Shown here: positions 1-8,749 of the stretch, piece after piece
Layout of the letters: every line of letters begins with the position of its first letter
How positions within the stretch are numbered: position 1 is the first letter of the stretch
Origin: a virus
DNA: 64,000 nucleotides
Strand: one strand, 5' to 3'
Virus record (IMG/VR): IMGVR_UViG_3300033148_006706
Coordinates: 75,905 to 139,904 of that record
Position numbers and translations under genes: made by a program
Notes under the pieces: generated by a model
What the model was told of the DNA's origin: nothing
Seen by the model: the letters and a program-made list of their open reading frames with translations, nothing else
Databases searched by the model: none

Positions 1-411
1 AGTCCAACTAATATGAATTCTGCCCAAGATTTGAAATGGCATTTTGCTAGTGCGGGTTCTGCAGGTATAAGAGCATATCGTGGAGGCAGTTGGAATACTT
101 ATTTGCAATTTTTGACTAATGCTGCTTCTGCTGGTTCAGATAATCCTCAGGTAAGAATGACTATAGATGATACAGGCAATGTCGGCATCGGGACGTCGAA
201 TCCAAGCCAGAAACTTTATGTTTCGGGTAATATCCAAGCTACAGGAGCTATAATTGCAAATACTGCTGGATCTGTTTATGTGCGATATGGTATAGGTGAT
301 CCGGGAAGTGGGAATGGTAAATTAGCAGTATATGCAAGTACTTTAAATACCTTTCGTGCGGGGACTCAATGGGGGTGGCAACACTTTAATCCAGATGGAC
401 AAGGATGGTAA
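1..411 (+). CDS. C-terminal part of tail fibre/adhesin-like protein (probably starts before the window)
   Basis: RMTIDDTGNVGIGTSNPSQKLYVSGNI is a typical tail-fibre beta repeat; Gly/Ser/Thr-rich; frame is open from position 1. Confidence 0.65.
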   Translation, partial: SPTNMNSAQDLKWHFASAGSAGIRAYRGGSWNTYLQFLTNAASAGSDNPQVRMTIDDTGNVGIGTSNPSQKLYVSGNIQATGAIIANTAGSVYVRYGIGDPGSGNGKLAVYASTLNTFRAGTQWGWQHFNPDGQGW

Positions 412-956
412 AAATGTATATAGGATTTGAAACAAAAAAACTAGAATTAGATAGAGTTGAAGCTCTATACCCGCCAACGATCATATTATCAGAAACAATA
501 CCAGAAACGACATATTATCTAGTAATTGAGGAATATTCTCAGTATTTTTATTTTAACGAAAAAGGCGAATTCAAAACAAAAATGTGGGAAGGGTGGAATA
601 ATTATCCGTTGTATACATTTAACCGTGATAAGTATGAAGCTGGAGAAGATCCTTTTGAACCATTTGACCCATATTCATCGAAAACATTTAAACACCGAAT
701 ACGTCGAGAGCGAATTGAAAATCAAATTAAATGGCAACTACGATACCCAATCGAAATTAAGAAACTTCGCAAAGCACTCAAAAGAGTAATTATGCTACTG
801 GAAGCTTCAGGAGCAAATATTAATTGGCCAGAACTAAAAGAATTTATGGAATATTCTAACACAATTGAAACAGTGATCTCTAAGCACCCAAAGGTTTCTA
901 AATATCTTAATAGAATAGACCTTAAAACTGAAAATGGGGTTAACAATGATGCTTGA
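405..956 (+). CDS. Hypothetical protein, possibly tail-fibre associated/chaperone
   Basis: 183-aa ORF overlapping the tail-fibre stop; function inferred from position only. Confidence 0.5.
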   Translation: MVKMYIGFETKKLELDRVEALYPPTIILSETIPETTYYLVIEEYSQYFYFNEKGEFKTKMWEGWNNYPLYTFNRDKYEAGEDPFEPFDPYSSKTFKHRIRRERIENQIKWQLRYPIEIKKLRKALKRVIMLLEASGANINWPELKEFMEYSNTIETVISKHPKVSKYLNRIDLKTENGVNNDA

Positions 957-1134
957 TAATGAAGTACAACAAAAATTCTTAGAAGATAGCGGATATGCTC
1001 AGGGTTGGGGGTGGACATTAACTGATGAGGATATTGAGCAGATGAAAAATTGCGATAACCGTGATGTTCTCTACCCAGCGCTTGAAAATAAGCTTATACA
1101 GGAGTGTGAAAGCGAGCAGGAGGCGGCTATATGA
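946..1134 (+). CDS. Small hypothetical protein
   Basis: Tightly packed between neighbours; ATGA overlap with the next gene; start adjusted to MMLDN. Confidence 0.55.
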   Translation: MMLDNEVQQKFLEDSGYAQGWGWTLTDEDIEQMKNCDNRDVLYPALENKLIQECESEQEAAI

Positions 1135-1508
1135 AATTAGGAATAATAGTTAATAATCAAAATATTTTGGAAAAAATAAACAAAATGGATCTGCCCGGAA
1201 GTAAAGTTTTAAAATTAAGAAAAATAATAAAAAAATTTATGGAAGAATTACGACAATTTGAAGAAGAGAAGAATAATTATATTTTAAAACACGGTGAGAA
1301 TGGAGAACTAAATAGAGACTCCAATCCGGAAGCTTATGAAAAAGCAATTCTTTTTCTAAACGAAATGATGAACAGCGAGATAGATATAGAACCAGCTCCC
1401 ATTCTTGATGATAGCGATATAGAAAATAATAAATTTAGTGTTGCGGATTTAGATAGGCTGGAGGCCCTGGGATTATATAAACCCGATAGTGATGAGAAAA
1501 TATCATAA
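1131..1508 (+). CDS. Hypothetical phage protein (helical, acidic)
   Basis: 125-aa ORF with AGGAGG RBS. Confidence 0.65.
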   Translation: MKLGIIVNNQNILEKINKMDLPGSKVLKLRKIIKKFMEELRQFEEEKNNYILKHGENGELNRDSNPEAYEKAILFLNEMMNSEIDIEPAPILDDSDIENNKFSVADLDRLEALGLYKPDSDEKIS

Positions 1509-1568
1509 ACTTAATGTGCAAAGTTTATAATATGCATAAGGCGAGGAAAATATAAACATAAAATCTAA

Positions 1569-2291
1569 ATGGGGGAGGCAGAGATGAATTATGAAGAACT
1601 TTTGCAATTTGGGGGCACATTCTATAATGATAACAACAATAATGCCGGAGTAGAATGGTATGTAGAAGAAAAAGAAAACCAGCTTATTATTAGAATTCCT
1701 GGCACTAATTCTTTTAGAGATTGGATAACAAATTTTATATTCTTCCCTATGTCGTATTATTATCCAGATGCTAAAGTGCACTCAGGTTGGTATAACGAGT
1801 ATATACAGAGCGGAATAAATCTTAAAATGAAAAAAATAATTAAAGAGGGGGCTTATAAAAAAGTAACAATAATGGGGCATTCAAAAGGCTGTACTACAGC
1901 ATTGTTTCTTACTCAATATTTATCTCTAACTTTTAAATCTGATAATGTTAAAATTGAAACTTTTTTGCTTGGATCCCCTAAAGTGGGCAATCTTAAATTT
2001 AAAAGACTATTAGAAAAAAATGAAAACGCCTTTATACACAATATTCAAGTAAGGGGTGATATTGTTTGTAAAATGCCTCCTAATCTTATCTTGTTATTTC
2101 TTCTCCCTTATTTTTTTCTAATTAATAAAAAATTCATATTTTGTTTTTTCTGGCACATTGGACACGGAAAAAAGATAAAAATAGGAAAAAAGAGCTTTAT
2201 AACTTTTAAAGGTCATGAGTTTGATAATTACAGAAAATTACTTATAGAGGAAGAAAAAGAAAGGAAAAGAAAATGGATAAACAAAAAATAA
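1569..2291 (+). CDS. Class 3 lipase (alpha/beta hydrolase)
   Basis: IRIPGTNSFRDWITN, KVHSGW, GHSKG nucleophile elbow, GSPKVGN, GDIVCKMP, C-terminal His; likely start at 1584 after GGAGG. Confidence 0.85.
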   Translation: MGEAEMNYEELLQFGGTFYNDNNNNAGVEWYVEEKENQLIIRIPGTNSFRDWITNFIFFPMSYYYPDAKVHSGWYNEYIQSGINLKMKKIIKEGAYKKVTIMGHSKGCTTALFLTQYLSLTFKSDNVKIETFLLGSPKVGNLKFKRLLEKNENAFIHNIQVRGDIVCKMPPNLILLFLLPYFFLINKKFIFCFFWHIGHGKKIKIGKKSFITFKGHEFDNYRKLLIEEEKERKRKWINKK

Positions 2292-2602
2292 AGAGTAGTA
2301 CAAAGGCAATTACCTGGGCAGCTTTCTTACTTAACCCTTTAGCATGGATAGCAGACTGGTTCTTTAAAAAAAGTACCATCGATTATTTAATAAAAAATAA
2401 AATAGATATAACCCGTTTAAATGATATAGAAAAATTTATTACAGATATTCCTTTAGCTACCATTGCAACCGCCTTTGTTACAATAGCTACAGCATACGTA
2501 GCGGGACAAAAGGGTAAAACGATCAGCAAGAATATTGGCGCTCCAAAAGGCAAGGGCACAGATGAAAACGATCCTGATGATGCGCCTCCTCCTCTAAAAT
2601 AA
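2273..2602 (+). CDS. Membrane protein with two hydrophobic segments (holin/lysis-associated?)
   Basis: Two hydrophobic stretches; lies between the lipase and the peptidase. Confidence 0.5.
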   Translation: MDKQKIKSSTKAITWAAFLLNPLAWIADWFFKKSTIDYLIKNKIDITRLNDIEKFITDIPLATIATAFVTIATAYVAGQKGKTISKNIGAPKGKGTDENDPDDAPPPLK

Positions 2603-2626
2603 TTTCAGAGATATTACTAATATTAT

Positions 2627-3379
2627 ATGTACAGCGAGAGAATAAACAAGTTTTTAAAAGAATATGATATAAATGATAATCTTGATTTTGATGATTTAAA
2701 ATTTAGAGTTGGCGCTCCAATTACTTCTAGCTTTGGATTAGTCGCCGGATACAGAAAAGTAAACAACGAATATATATTTGATTCTGTTAGAATTCATACA
2801 GGTGTTGATAGAAGTTGGGGAGAGAACGGAAGCGTATATGCACCGTTTTATTTTAATAGAAGCGAACTACACGATTATGGTGCAGATCATGTATATGGAA
2901 GCCTAATACGTTTATTTAACGATGAGTATGGCTTTGAAATGCGTATAGTCCACATGAATCCAAAAACCGATATTGATAAAACAGCATATCAACTTTTAAC
3001 CAACAATCAACCCATAGAACGAAATACTTATTTGGGGGTTTGCGGAACATACGGTAGTGCCAGTAGTGGAAGACATACCCATACAGAAATAGTATCTATT
3101 AAAGAAGAAAACAAAATACTGGATGTTATCCTATATAGGAAGTTTGGAGCAGATATTTATAATAGCTATACGGAAAATCACATAATAAATTTTTATAGAT
3201 CAAAGAGGGTTTTTAAAAATAAAAAAGTTGAAGAAATTTTAGACCATTTCAATAATTTAAAAAAAGCTAGAAGAGTAGTAGGTATAATAAATGATTATTT
3301 ATATGAATACAAAGATTGGTACTATGGAATGGAAAAAAGAATACGGTACAGTAGTGAAAAGTTGTTTAACGGATTATAA
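2627..3379 (+). CDS. M23-like metallopeptidase, putative endolysin
   Basis: PITSSFG, HTGVD (HxxxD), YGSL, GRHTHTE (HxH). Confidence 0.7.
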   Translation: MYSERINKFLKEYDINDNLDFDDLKFRVGAPITSSFGLVAGYRKVNNEYIFDSVRIHTGVDRSWGENGSVYAPFYFNRSELHDYGADHVYGSLIRLFNDEYGFEMRIVHMNPKTDIDKTAYQLLTNNQPIERNTYLGVCGTYGSASSGRHTHTEIVSIKEENKILDVILYRKFGADIYNSYTENHIINFYRSKRVFKNKKVEEILDHFNNLKKARRVVGIINDYLYEYKDWYYGMEKRIRYSSEKLFNGL

Positions 3380-3402
3380 AAAAATAAAGGAGAGAAGAAC
3401 GT

Positions 3403-3684
3403 ATGAATTTAAATTGGAATAACATCATGGCATGCGCAGTTATAGTGATCGGATTAACAGAGTATGTCAAAAGTTGGGATAAAAAGGAAAAGTTAAAAAA
3501 GATTTATAAACTATTCCCACTAGGTTTTTCATTTGCGGCTAGTCTTCTTTTAACGTTTATAGAAGGTTTTACGATAAATAGTTTTCTCTTTACTGGATTG
3601 ATTGTATTGGCTTTCTCAACACTTGGTTACGAAGCGATACTTAAATTTGTGCAGTCAATTATTGAAAAATTAAAATTAAAATAA
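3403..3684 (+). CDS. Putative holin
   Basis: 93 aa, three hydrophobic helices, basic C-terminus, adjacent to the putative endolysin; AGGAG RBS. Confidence 0.6.
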   Translation: MNLNWNNIMACAVIVIGLTEYVKSWDKKEKLKKIYKLFPLGFSFAASLLLTFIEGFTINSFLFTGLIVLAFSTLGYEAILKFVQSIIEKLKLK

Positions 3685-3776
3685 GAAATACGGACAATGC
3701 TAGATAAATTTATAAATTGGTTATTTTCACACATATTAAAAGATAATGAATACTTTAAAAAGGCGGTCATAACGTA

Positions 3777-4565
3777 ATGGCATGGGTACAGCTTATTAAA
3801 TGGTTACAATCACAAGATACATTAACACTTATCATCGCACTTGGAATTTTAATATTTCTTATTTATAAAGGAATAATACGTATTCCTTCTATAAATAAGA
3901 CAATCAGAAGAAAAAAATGTGAAAATCCTCACATAAGTTGTATTAATTATATTGATTTAGGGAATCGTTTATCAAAGCTTATGGTACTAAAAACAGAGAT
4001 TGATAGAATTATAAACTTGGATATACTGAGAGAGCAAATGAACCTAGTAGATCAGATTGTATATGATATAAGAAAAAAAATGGAGCTTCATTTTGATAAG
4101 ATACTTAAAAATCAACAGCCCGATATACAGGATGTCAATTCAAGTATTGAACATAAAATCTTTGAAAATATTGCTAAATTAGGAGAGAAAACAATAAGAG
4201 ATTTATTTCGATTTATAATGAAAGAAAATCGCATTCCAAACAATGAAGCTGAATTTATCCTATACGCTAAAAACAGGGCTAATAACGTTATTAACCGAGT
4301 AATTGAAGAGCTTTCAGTTAACTGGCATCGAGGACTCAGCATTACTAAAGAAATTTATATGAAAGCTTACTATGGAAAAATACAAGATTTCCGTGATTTA
4401 AACTCTGAAATCGAAGAACAAATAATAACCACACTAAAGAGATGTAGGGACATTAACAACAGAAAATGGCTTGAAATTATGCAATATGATGATGAAGCTG
4501 CCGCTTTATTCCCCGAAATATATGAAGAAGCAATGAAGAAAGAAGGAGAAAAGCGGCAGACATGA
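3777..4565 (+). CDS. Hypothetical protein with N-terminal TM helix
   Basis: 262-aa ORF; hydrophobic LTLIIALGILIFLIY. Confidence 0.65.
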   Translation: MAWVQLIKWLQSQDTLTLIIALGILIFLIYKGIIRIPSINKTIRRKKCENPHISCINYIDLGNRLSKLMVLKTEIDRIINLDILREQMNLVDQIVYDIRKKMELHFDKILKNQQPDIQDVNSSIEHKIFENIAKLGEKTIRDLFRFIMKENRIPNNEAEFILYAKNRANNVINRVIEELSVNWHRGLSITKEIYMKAYYGKIQDFRDLNSEIEEQIITTLKRCRDINNRKWLEIMQYDDEAAALFPEIYEEAMKKEGEKRQT

Positions 4566-4919
4566 CTAGAATTGTATTTTAAAATACTTATATACTCTCG
4601 CCTCGAAATAAAAAAGTTCTTTTCTTAACTCTTCCATTCTTAAGTTATTTTTTTCTGGAATATTTTTATAAAAATCAAACTTAGCATCTTCAGGATCTGT
4701 TGGATGTCGTTCGCTGTTTGCTTTATTAAGATGTCGATTAAAACTTACGTAGTGTGGTTCTTTTTTAGCCCTCTCAATAGCGATACGCCTTCCTAAATCT
4801 TTAGAAAAGGTGTCCTTTGGATGACATAGCGACCACCCGATCCTGTCTTTTTCTAATGCAACTAAGCATCCATAAGGTTGACGATTCTCTTTTCTTATGT
4901 ACTGAACTAACATAATCAT
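4566..4919 (-). CDS. Conserved phage hypothetical protein
   Basis: GWSLCHPKDTFSKDLGRRIAIERA resembles a recurrent phage family motif; GGAGG RBS. Confidence 0.65.
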   Translation of the reverse strand: MIMLVQYIRKENRQPYGCLVALEKDRIGWSLCHPKDTFSKDLGRRIAIERAKKEPHYVSFNRHLNKANSERHPTDPEDAKFDFYKNIPEKNNLRMEELRKELFYFEARVYKYFKIQF

Positions 4920-5080
4920 TCCTCCATCTTAATTTTTTTCAAGATCAAATAATGTTTTAACATATTTGATCTAATATTCTCAGTTTCTAAATTCATTCTA
5001 GTTTTTTTCCTCTTCTGCACTAAAAAAAGAATTAAAAGATACTATAAGAAAAAAAATCAAAACGGCTTTTATTAAATACC

Positions 5081-6100
5081 TTATAATACTCCCTCCCATG
5101 TTATCTTTTTATTCTTTATCTTATTATAAAAATCGTATTGAGATAACCGCCATTCTGCACTCTCTATAGGATGTTCAACAGCGTATTCTAGATCTTCCAG
5201 AGTACTGTCAGCAGGATCTTGACCTGCCCCCGGCATAAAAACAATGAGATAATCATAATCATAAAACTTATTTATTTGTGTAATCATAGAGCGTCCTGCA
5301 TCATCGTTATCAGGAAACAATATAAGATTTTTCACTTTACTCAGCAGCTTCTTTTGACCGGTACCTAACGAACTACCTAGTGTTGCTACAACATTTTTAG
5401 AAATATACCTCCAGATACGAAAAGCACTTTTTATTCCCTCTACTACATATAAAGGCTTTCGCAAACTAATACCGTCCCAATTCCATAATATATCCGCCTT
5501 ACTGCCTTTCGGGTAGATTACTTTCAATTTCTGCTCTTCCGTATAATCTCTGCATTCCATATTCACTATTTCGCCGTTCTCTAATAATGGAATACATATT
5601 CTATCTTTAATAAATGTACCTTTCTTGTTTTCTTTAGAAAAAGAGATATACGCTTTATTTGTATAACGAATATCAAATTCATCTATCATTTCCTTATTAA
5701 CATTTATTTTTTTAAGATATGTAAGAACCTGCGAATTTGACAAAGGATTATATAAACGCCCACCTGATATTCTTAACTCTTTCTTTAATTGTTTCTTCTC
5801 TGCTATAAGTTGATTTTGACCTAATGTCTGATTAAAAAGCCTTGATAATACCTCATCGCTTTTAATATATTTACTATAATTTCCGTTAGAAAGTTTTGTA
5901 ACAAATGCATAAAAATTGTACGTAGCACCGCAGCTCCAACATTTACAATAGCCGTTGTTTTTTAACATTGTCATTGAGGGATTCCTATCCCTATGATTTT
6001 GATTTATACACCGAAATTTTATATATTTACCTTTATCTTCGAATTGTATTCCAAGTTCACGAACTATTGATAATATTTCAGTAGTCGTTAAGTAAATCAT
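5081..6100 (-). CDS. DnaG-type DNA primase
   Basis: CHC2 zinc finger (C..H...CWSC) and TOPRIM motifs VVEG and FPDNDDAG. Confidence 0.9.
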   Translation of the reverse strand: MIYLTTTEILSIVRELGIQFEDKGKYIKFRCINQNHRDRNPSMTMLKNNGYCKCWSCGATYNFYAFVTKLSNGNYSKYIKSDEVLSRLFNQTLGQNQLIAEKKQLKKELRISGGRLYNPLSNSQVLTYLKKINVNKEMIDEFDIRYTNKAYISFSKENKKGTFIKDRICIPLLENGEIVNMECRDYTEEQKLKVIYPKGSKADILWNWDGISLRKPLYVVEGIKSAFRIWRYISKNVVATLGSSLGTGQKKLLSKVKNLILFPDNDDAGRSMITQINKFYDYDYLIVFMPGAGQDPADSTLEDLEYAVEHPIESAEWRLSQYDFYNKIKNKKITWEGVL

Positions 6101-7260
6101 CTTTTAACTTGCTCACGTACTTTATATTTTTCTCTTTTGCGTATTATTGGAATACTTCTTATTTTATTAATATACTTTAATAGAGCTGCTTTAAAATATT
6201 TTTCATTAAATGAATATCCAACCCTTGATTTTTCAATATCTAAAACCGTATCTAACAATTTATTATAGTTTACGTTATTTACTATCTTAACAAATTCCTC
6301 CTCTTTAAATTCTTCAGGTAGTTTATTTAACTGATTAAATACACCAGCATCGACAAGATATTTATACATAAGATTATAAAGATATTCGTTTTCAAATAAA
6401 GGGCTCTCTATTAAATTAAAAATACTATCTACTTTTTCGGCATTAAGTAAATTATGTATAAATTCAAACTGATTAGACTGATTCATAATACCCAATTCTT
6501 TCTGTACTTCTTCTACAGTATATAACTCCCCTTCCATTACTCTATCAAGCATTTGTAAAGCATTACGATACGAACCAAGAGCATTGTTAGCTATTAATAA
6601 AAGAATTTCGGGCGCTTCTTCTTCAAAAGTTTTAGGGAATCTTTTATCAGCATATAAAGTATCAACAAGATTGAAAAACACTTCTTTTATATATTTAAAA
6701 ATATCTTCATAATTTGCCATGTAAAACTTATAAATTTCATATCGTGTCTTAAGGGCTAAATGAAACTTTTCACTCTCGGTAGTACAAAGAATAATATATA
6801 CGTTCTTACGAGGTTTTTCACTTAATAAAAGCATAGCCCCTTTTGCTTGAGCTGAATTTAACAAGTGTGCTTCATCAATTATTATTACCTTATTCTTATC
6901 AAAGAAAGGAACATAGGATAGCATATCCGATAAACTTTTAACCCCTTCTTTACCTAAATCCGTAGCATCTATATAAGTAGTATCCCGTTTAAACCTGCCA
7001 TCGTTTATATCTTTACATGCTTCACATTTATTACAAGGCTCAACACAATCCTTTTTTATAATAGGTTCTTTACAATTGAGAATCTTAGCTATAATAAATG
7101 CCAGTGTGCTTTTACCCGTTCCACTATGACCTAGGAACATCATATAGGAAGGAAAATTATTTTTTAGACTTCTATTTTTAAATTCTTTTACTATTCTCTT
7201 ATTGCCTTGCATTTCATCTAAAGTTTTTGGTCTATACTGTATTCCTAGCATATTACTCAT
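6097..7260 (-). CDS. dnaX: DNA polymerase III gamma/tau-like clamp loader ATPase
   Basis: YRP, Walker A GHSGTGKS, zinc module C...PCNKCEAC, Walker B IIDEAH. Confidence 0.9.
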   Translation of the reverse strand: MSNMLGIQYRPKTLDEMQGNKRIVKEFKNRSLKNNFPSYMMFLGHSGTGKSTLAFIIAKILNCKEPIIKKDCVEPCNKCEACKDINDGRFKRDTTYIDATDLGKEGVKSLSDMLSYVPFFDKNKVIIIDEAHLLNSAQAKGAMLLLSEKPRKNVYIILCTTESEKFHLALKTRYEIYKFYMANYEDIFKYIKEVFFNLVDTLYADKRFPKTFEEEAPEILLLIANNALGSYRNALQMLDRVMEGELYTVEEVQKELGIMNQSNQFEFIHNLLNAEKVDSIFNLIESPLFENEYLYNLMYKYLVDAGVFNQLNKLPEEFKEEEFVKIVNNVNYNKLLDTVLDIEKSRVGYSFNEKYFKAALLKYINKIRSIPIIRKREKYKVREQVKR

Positions 7261-7436
7261 CGTTGCTTTAATCTCCTTATTTTTCTATTTAAAATATCAC
7301 AATATTGTAAAGCTCGAATACTAAGTACATTAATTTGCAATCTCTCACTAATTCTATCTTTATCGTTTCCTTGATTATTAGATGAAAGATATTCAATGTT
7401 GTTTAATATTTCTATAATTTGTTTCAATTCATTCAT
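7257..7436 (-). CDS. Small hypothetical protein, 59 aa (MNELKQIIEIL...), not in the ORF track
   Basis: GGAGG RBS; ATGA overlap with the dnaX start. Confidence 0.55.
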   Translation of the reverse strand: MNELKQIIEILNNIEYLSSNNQGNDKDRISERLQINVLSIRALQYCDILNRKIRRLKQR

Positions 7437-7451
7437 TATACCGCCTCCATT

Positions 7452-7491
7452 TAAAAAATGGAGCCGAGCGATATATTTACCACTCAGCTCC
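7452..7491 (-). terminator. Putative intrinsic terminator after rIIB
   Basis: GGAGCTGAGTG...CGCTCGGCTCC stem followed by ATTTTTT on the minus strand. Confidence 0.6.
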
Positions 7492-7500
7492 TGACGATGA

Positions 7501-8715
7501 TTAGGAGGATTTATCTACTCTCTCAACCGAAGGGGCTAAGAGTTCTGGAACTGACAATTTTTTTCCATTCTTTTCGATACAAGCCACTAAATATCTTTTA
7601 TATGATGTGGCCTGTTTATGACGTACACCATTCCTTATACGATAATTTTCCATAAATTCCATATTCTCAATTCTGTTAATTGCGTCATCTACTGTCTCAT
7701 TGGCCTCGATAGTTGTTAGAATATATCCTTTATAATCATTATTAATATGTTGCCAATTTGCTTTTCGATATAATACTGAAAAATTTTCTAAATATTTTAC
7801 TCCATCGTTTTCAGTAAGCCCATATTCATTTTCTAACCAATAATTGTAATAATCTTCTTTTTCTTCATATTCCTCCTCTCTATCTGCATCATCATCATAT
7901 ATAAGATAATCACCATCAGATACAAAATAATCTTTAATTTTAGTATTTTTCCAATCTTCGATAATCTTCACTACTTCATACTTACATACTCTCATTTTAG
8001 CATTATTATAGTCTGCTGGTACAGTTACTACATCCTTTGGATTAACTTTTACTAATACAGTTACATCCCTTTCCGATTCTAATGTACCGTAGTAAAGCAA
8101 ATAATTATAACTACATACATGAAAGCCATAAGAACATGTCATATATCTATCAGGATCAACTTTGTCCCTATCCATTTCAATTATTTCACCTGGAGAATTA
8201 TTTATACTCCTGGTATAAATGTCAACCAATATGCCCTCTTCATTCCTTATTACTTTCTTATAAGCTAAGAAACATCCATCCTCAGTAATTGGTAAATTGT
8301 TGTGTTCTAAAAACAAATACAATTCGTTTACACTTTGTGGAGAGGGATTTTCCATCATGTTTTCAATAAACTTTACAATACTCTTCCAATCTCCTTGTTG
8401 ATCAATAACTTCTTCAAGTCTGTCAACAATAGCGGATCTTATCACTGTATCTTTATACTTGATAAGCCCATTTTCAATGGTGATTGGACTATCTTTCAGA
8501 TAATTTTCAAATTTTACTTTTCTGTCCAGTAGTTTCTTAAGACTTTGAACTAAACGACTAACGGAATCCTCATCCTCCCATTGATCAAAAGCAAGTAGCA
8601 TGTGACTTACTGGCTTGTAGTTATCTTCGGTAGAATGAACAGCATAAGATACACCGTCCATATACAACTGAATTTCATCCTTTGTCATAAAAAACTGCAA
8701 TCTGTTCTTATTCAT
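7501..8715 (-). CDS. rIIB: rIIB-like protein
   Basis: LYLFLEHNNLPITEDGCFLAYKKV, CSYGFHVC, KVNPKDVVTVPADYNNAKMRVCKYEV; adjacent to rIIA. Confidence 0.85.
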   Translation of the reverse strand: MNKNRLQFFMTKDEIQLYMDGVSYAVHSTEDNYKPVSHMLLAFDQWEDEDSVSRLVQSLKKLLDRKVKFENYLKDSPITIENGLIKYKDTVIRSAIVDRLEEVIDQQGDWKSIVKFIENMMENPSPQSVNELYLFLEHNNLPITEDGCFLAYKKVIRNEEGILVDIYTRSINNSPGEIIEMDRDKVDPDRYMTCSYGFHVCSYNYLLYYGTLESERDVTVLVKVNPKDVVTVPADYNNAKMRVCKYEVVKIIEDWKNTKIKDYFVSDGDYLIYDDDADREEEYEEKEDYYNYWLENEYGLTENDGVKYLENFSVLYRKANWQHINNDYKGYILTTIEANETVDDAINRIENMEFMENYRIRNGVRHKQATSYKRYLVACIEKNGKKLSVPELLAPSVERVDKSS

Positions 8716-8749
8716 TTTATTTATCCTCCTAATATATAATATATATTTT

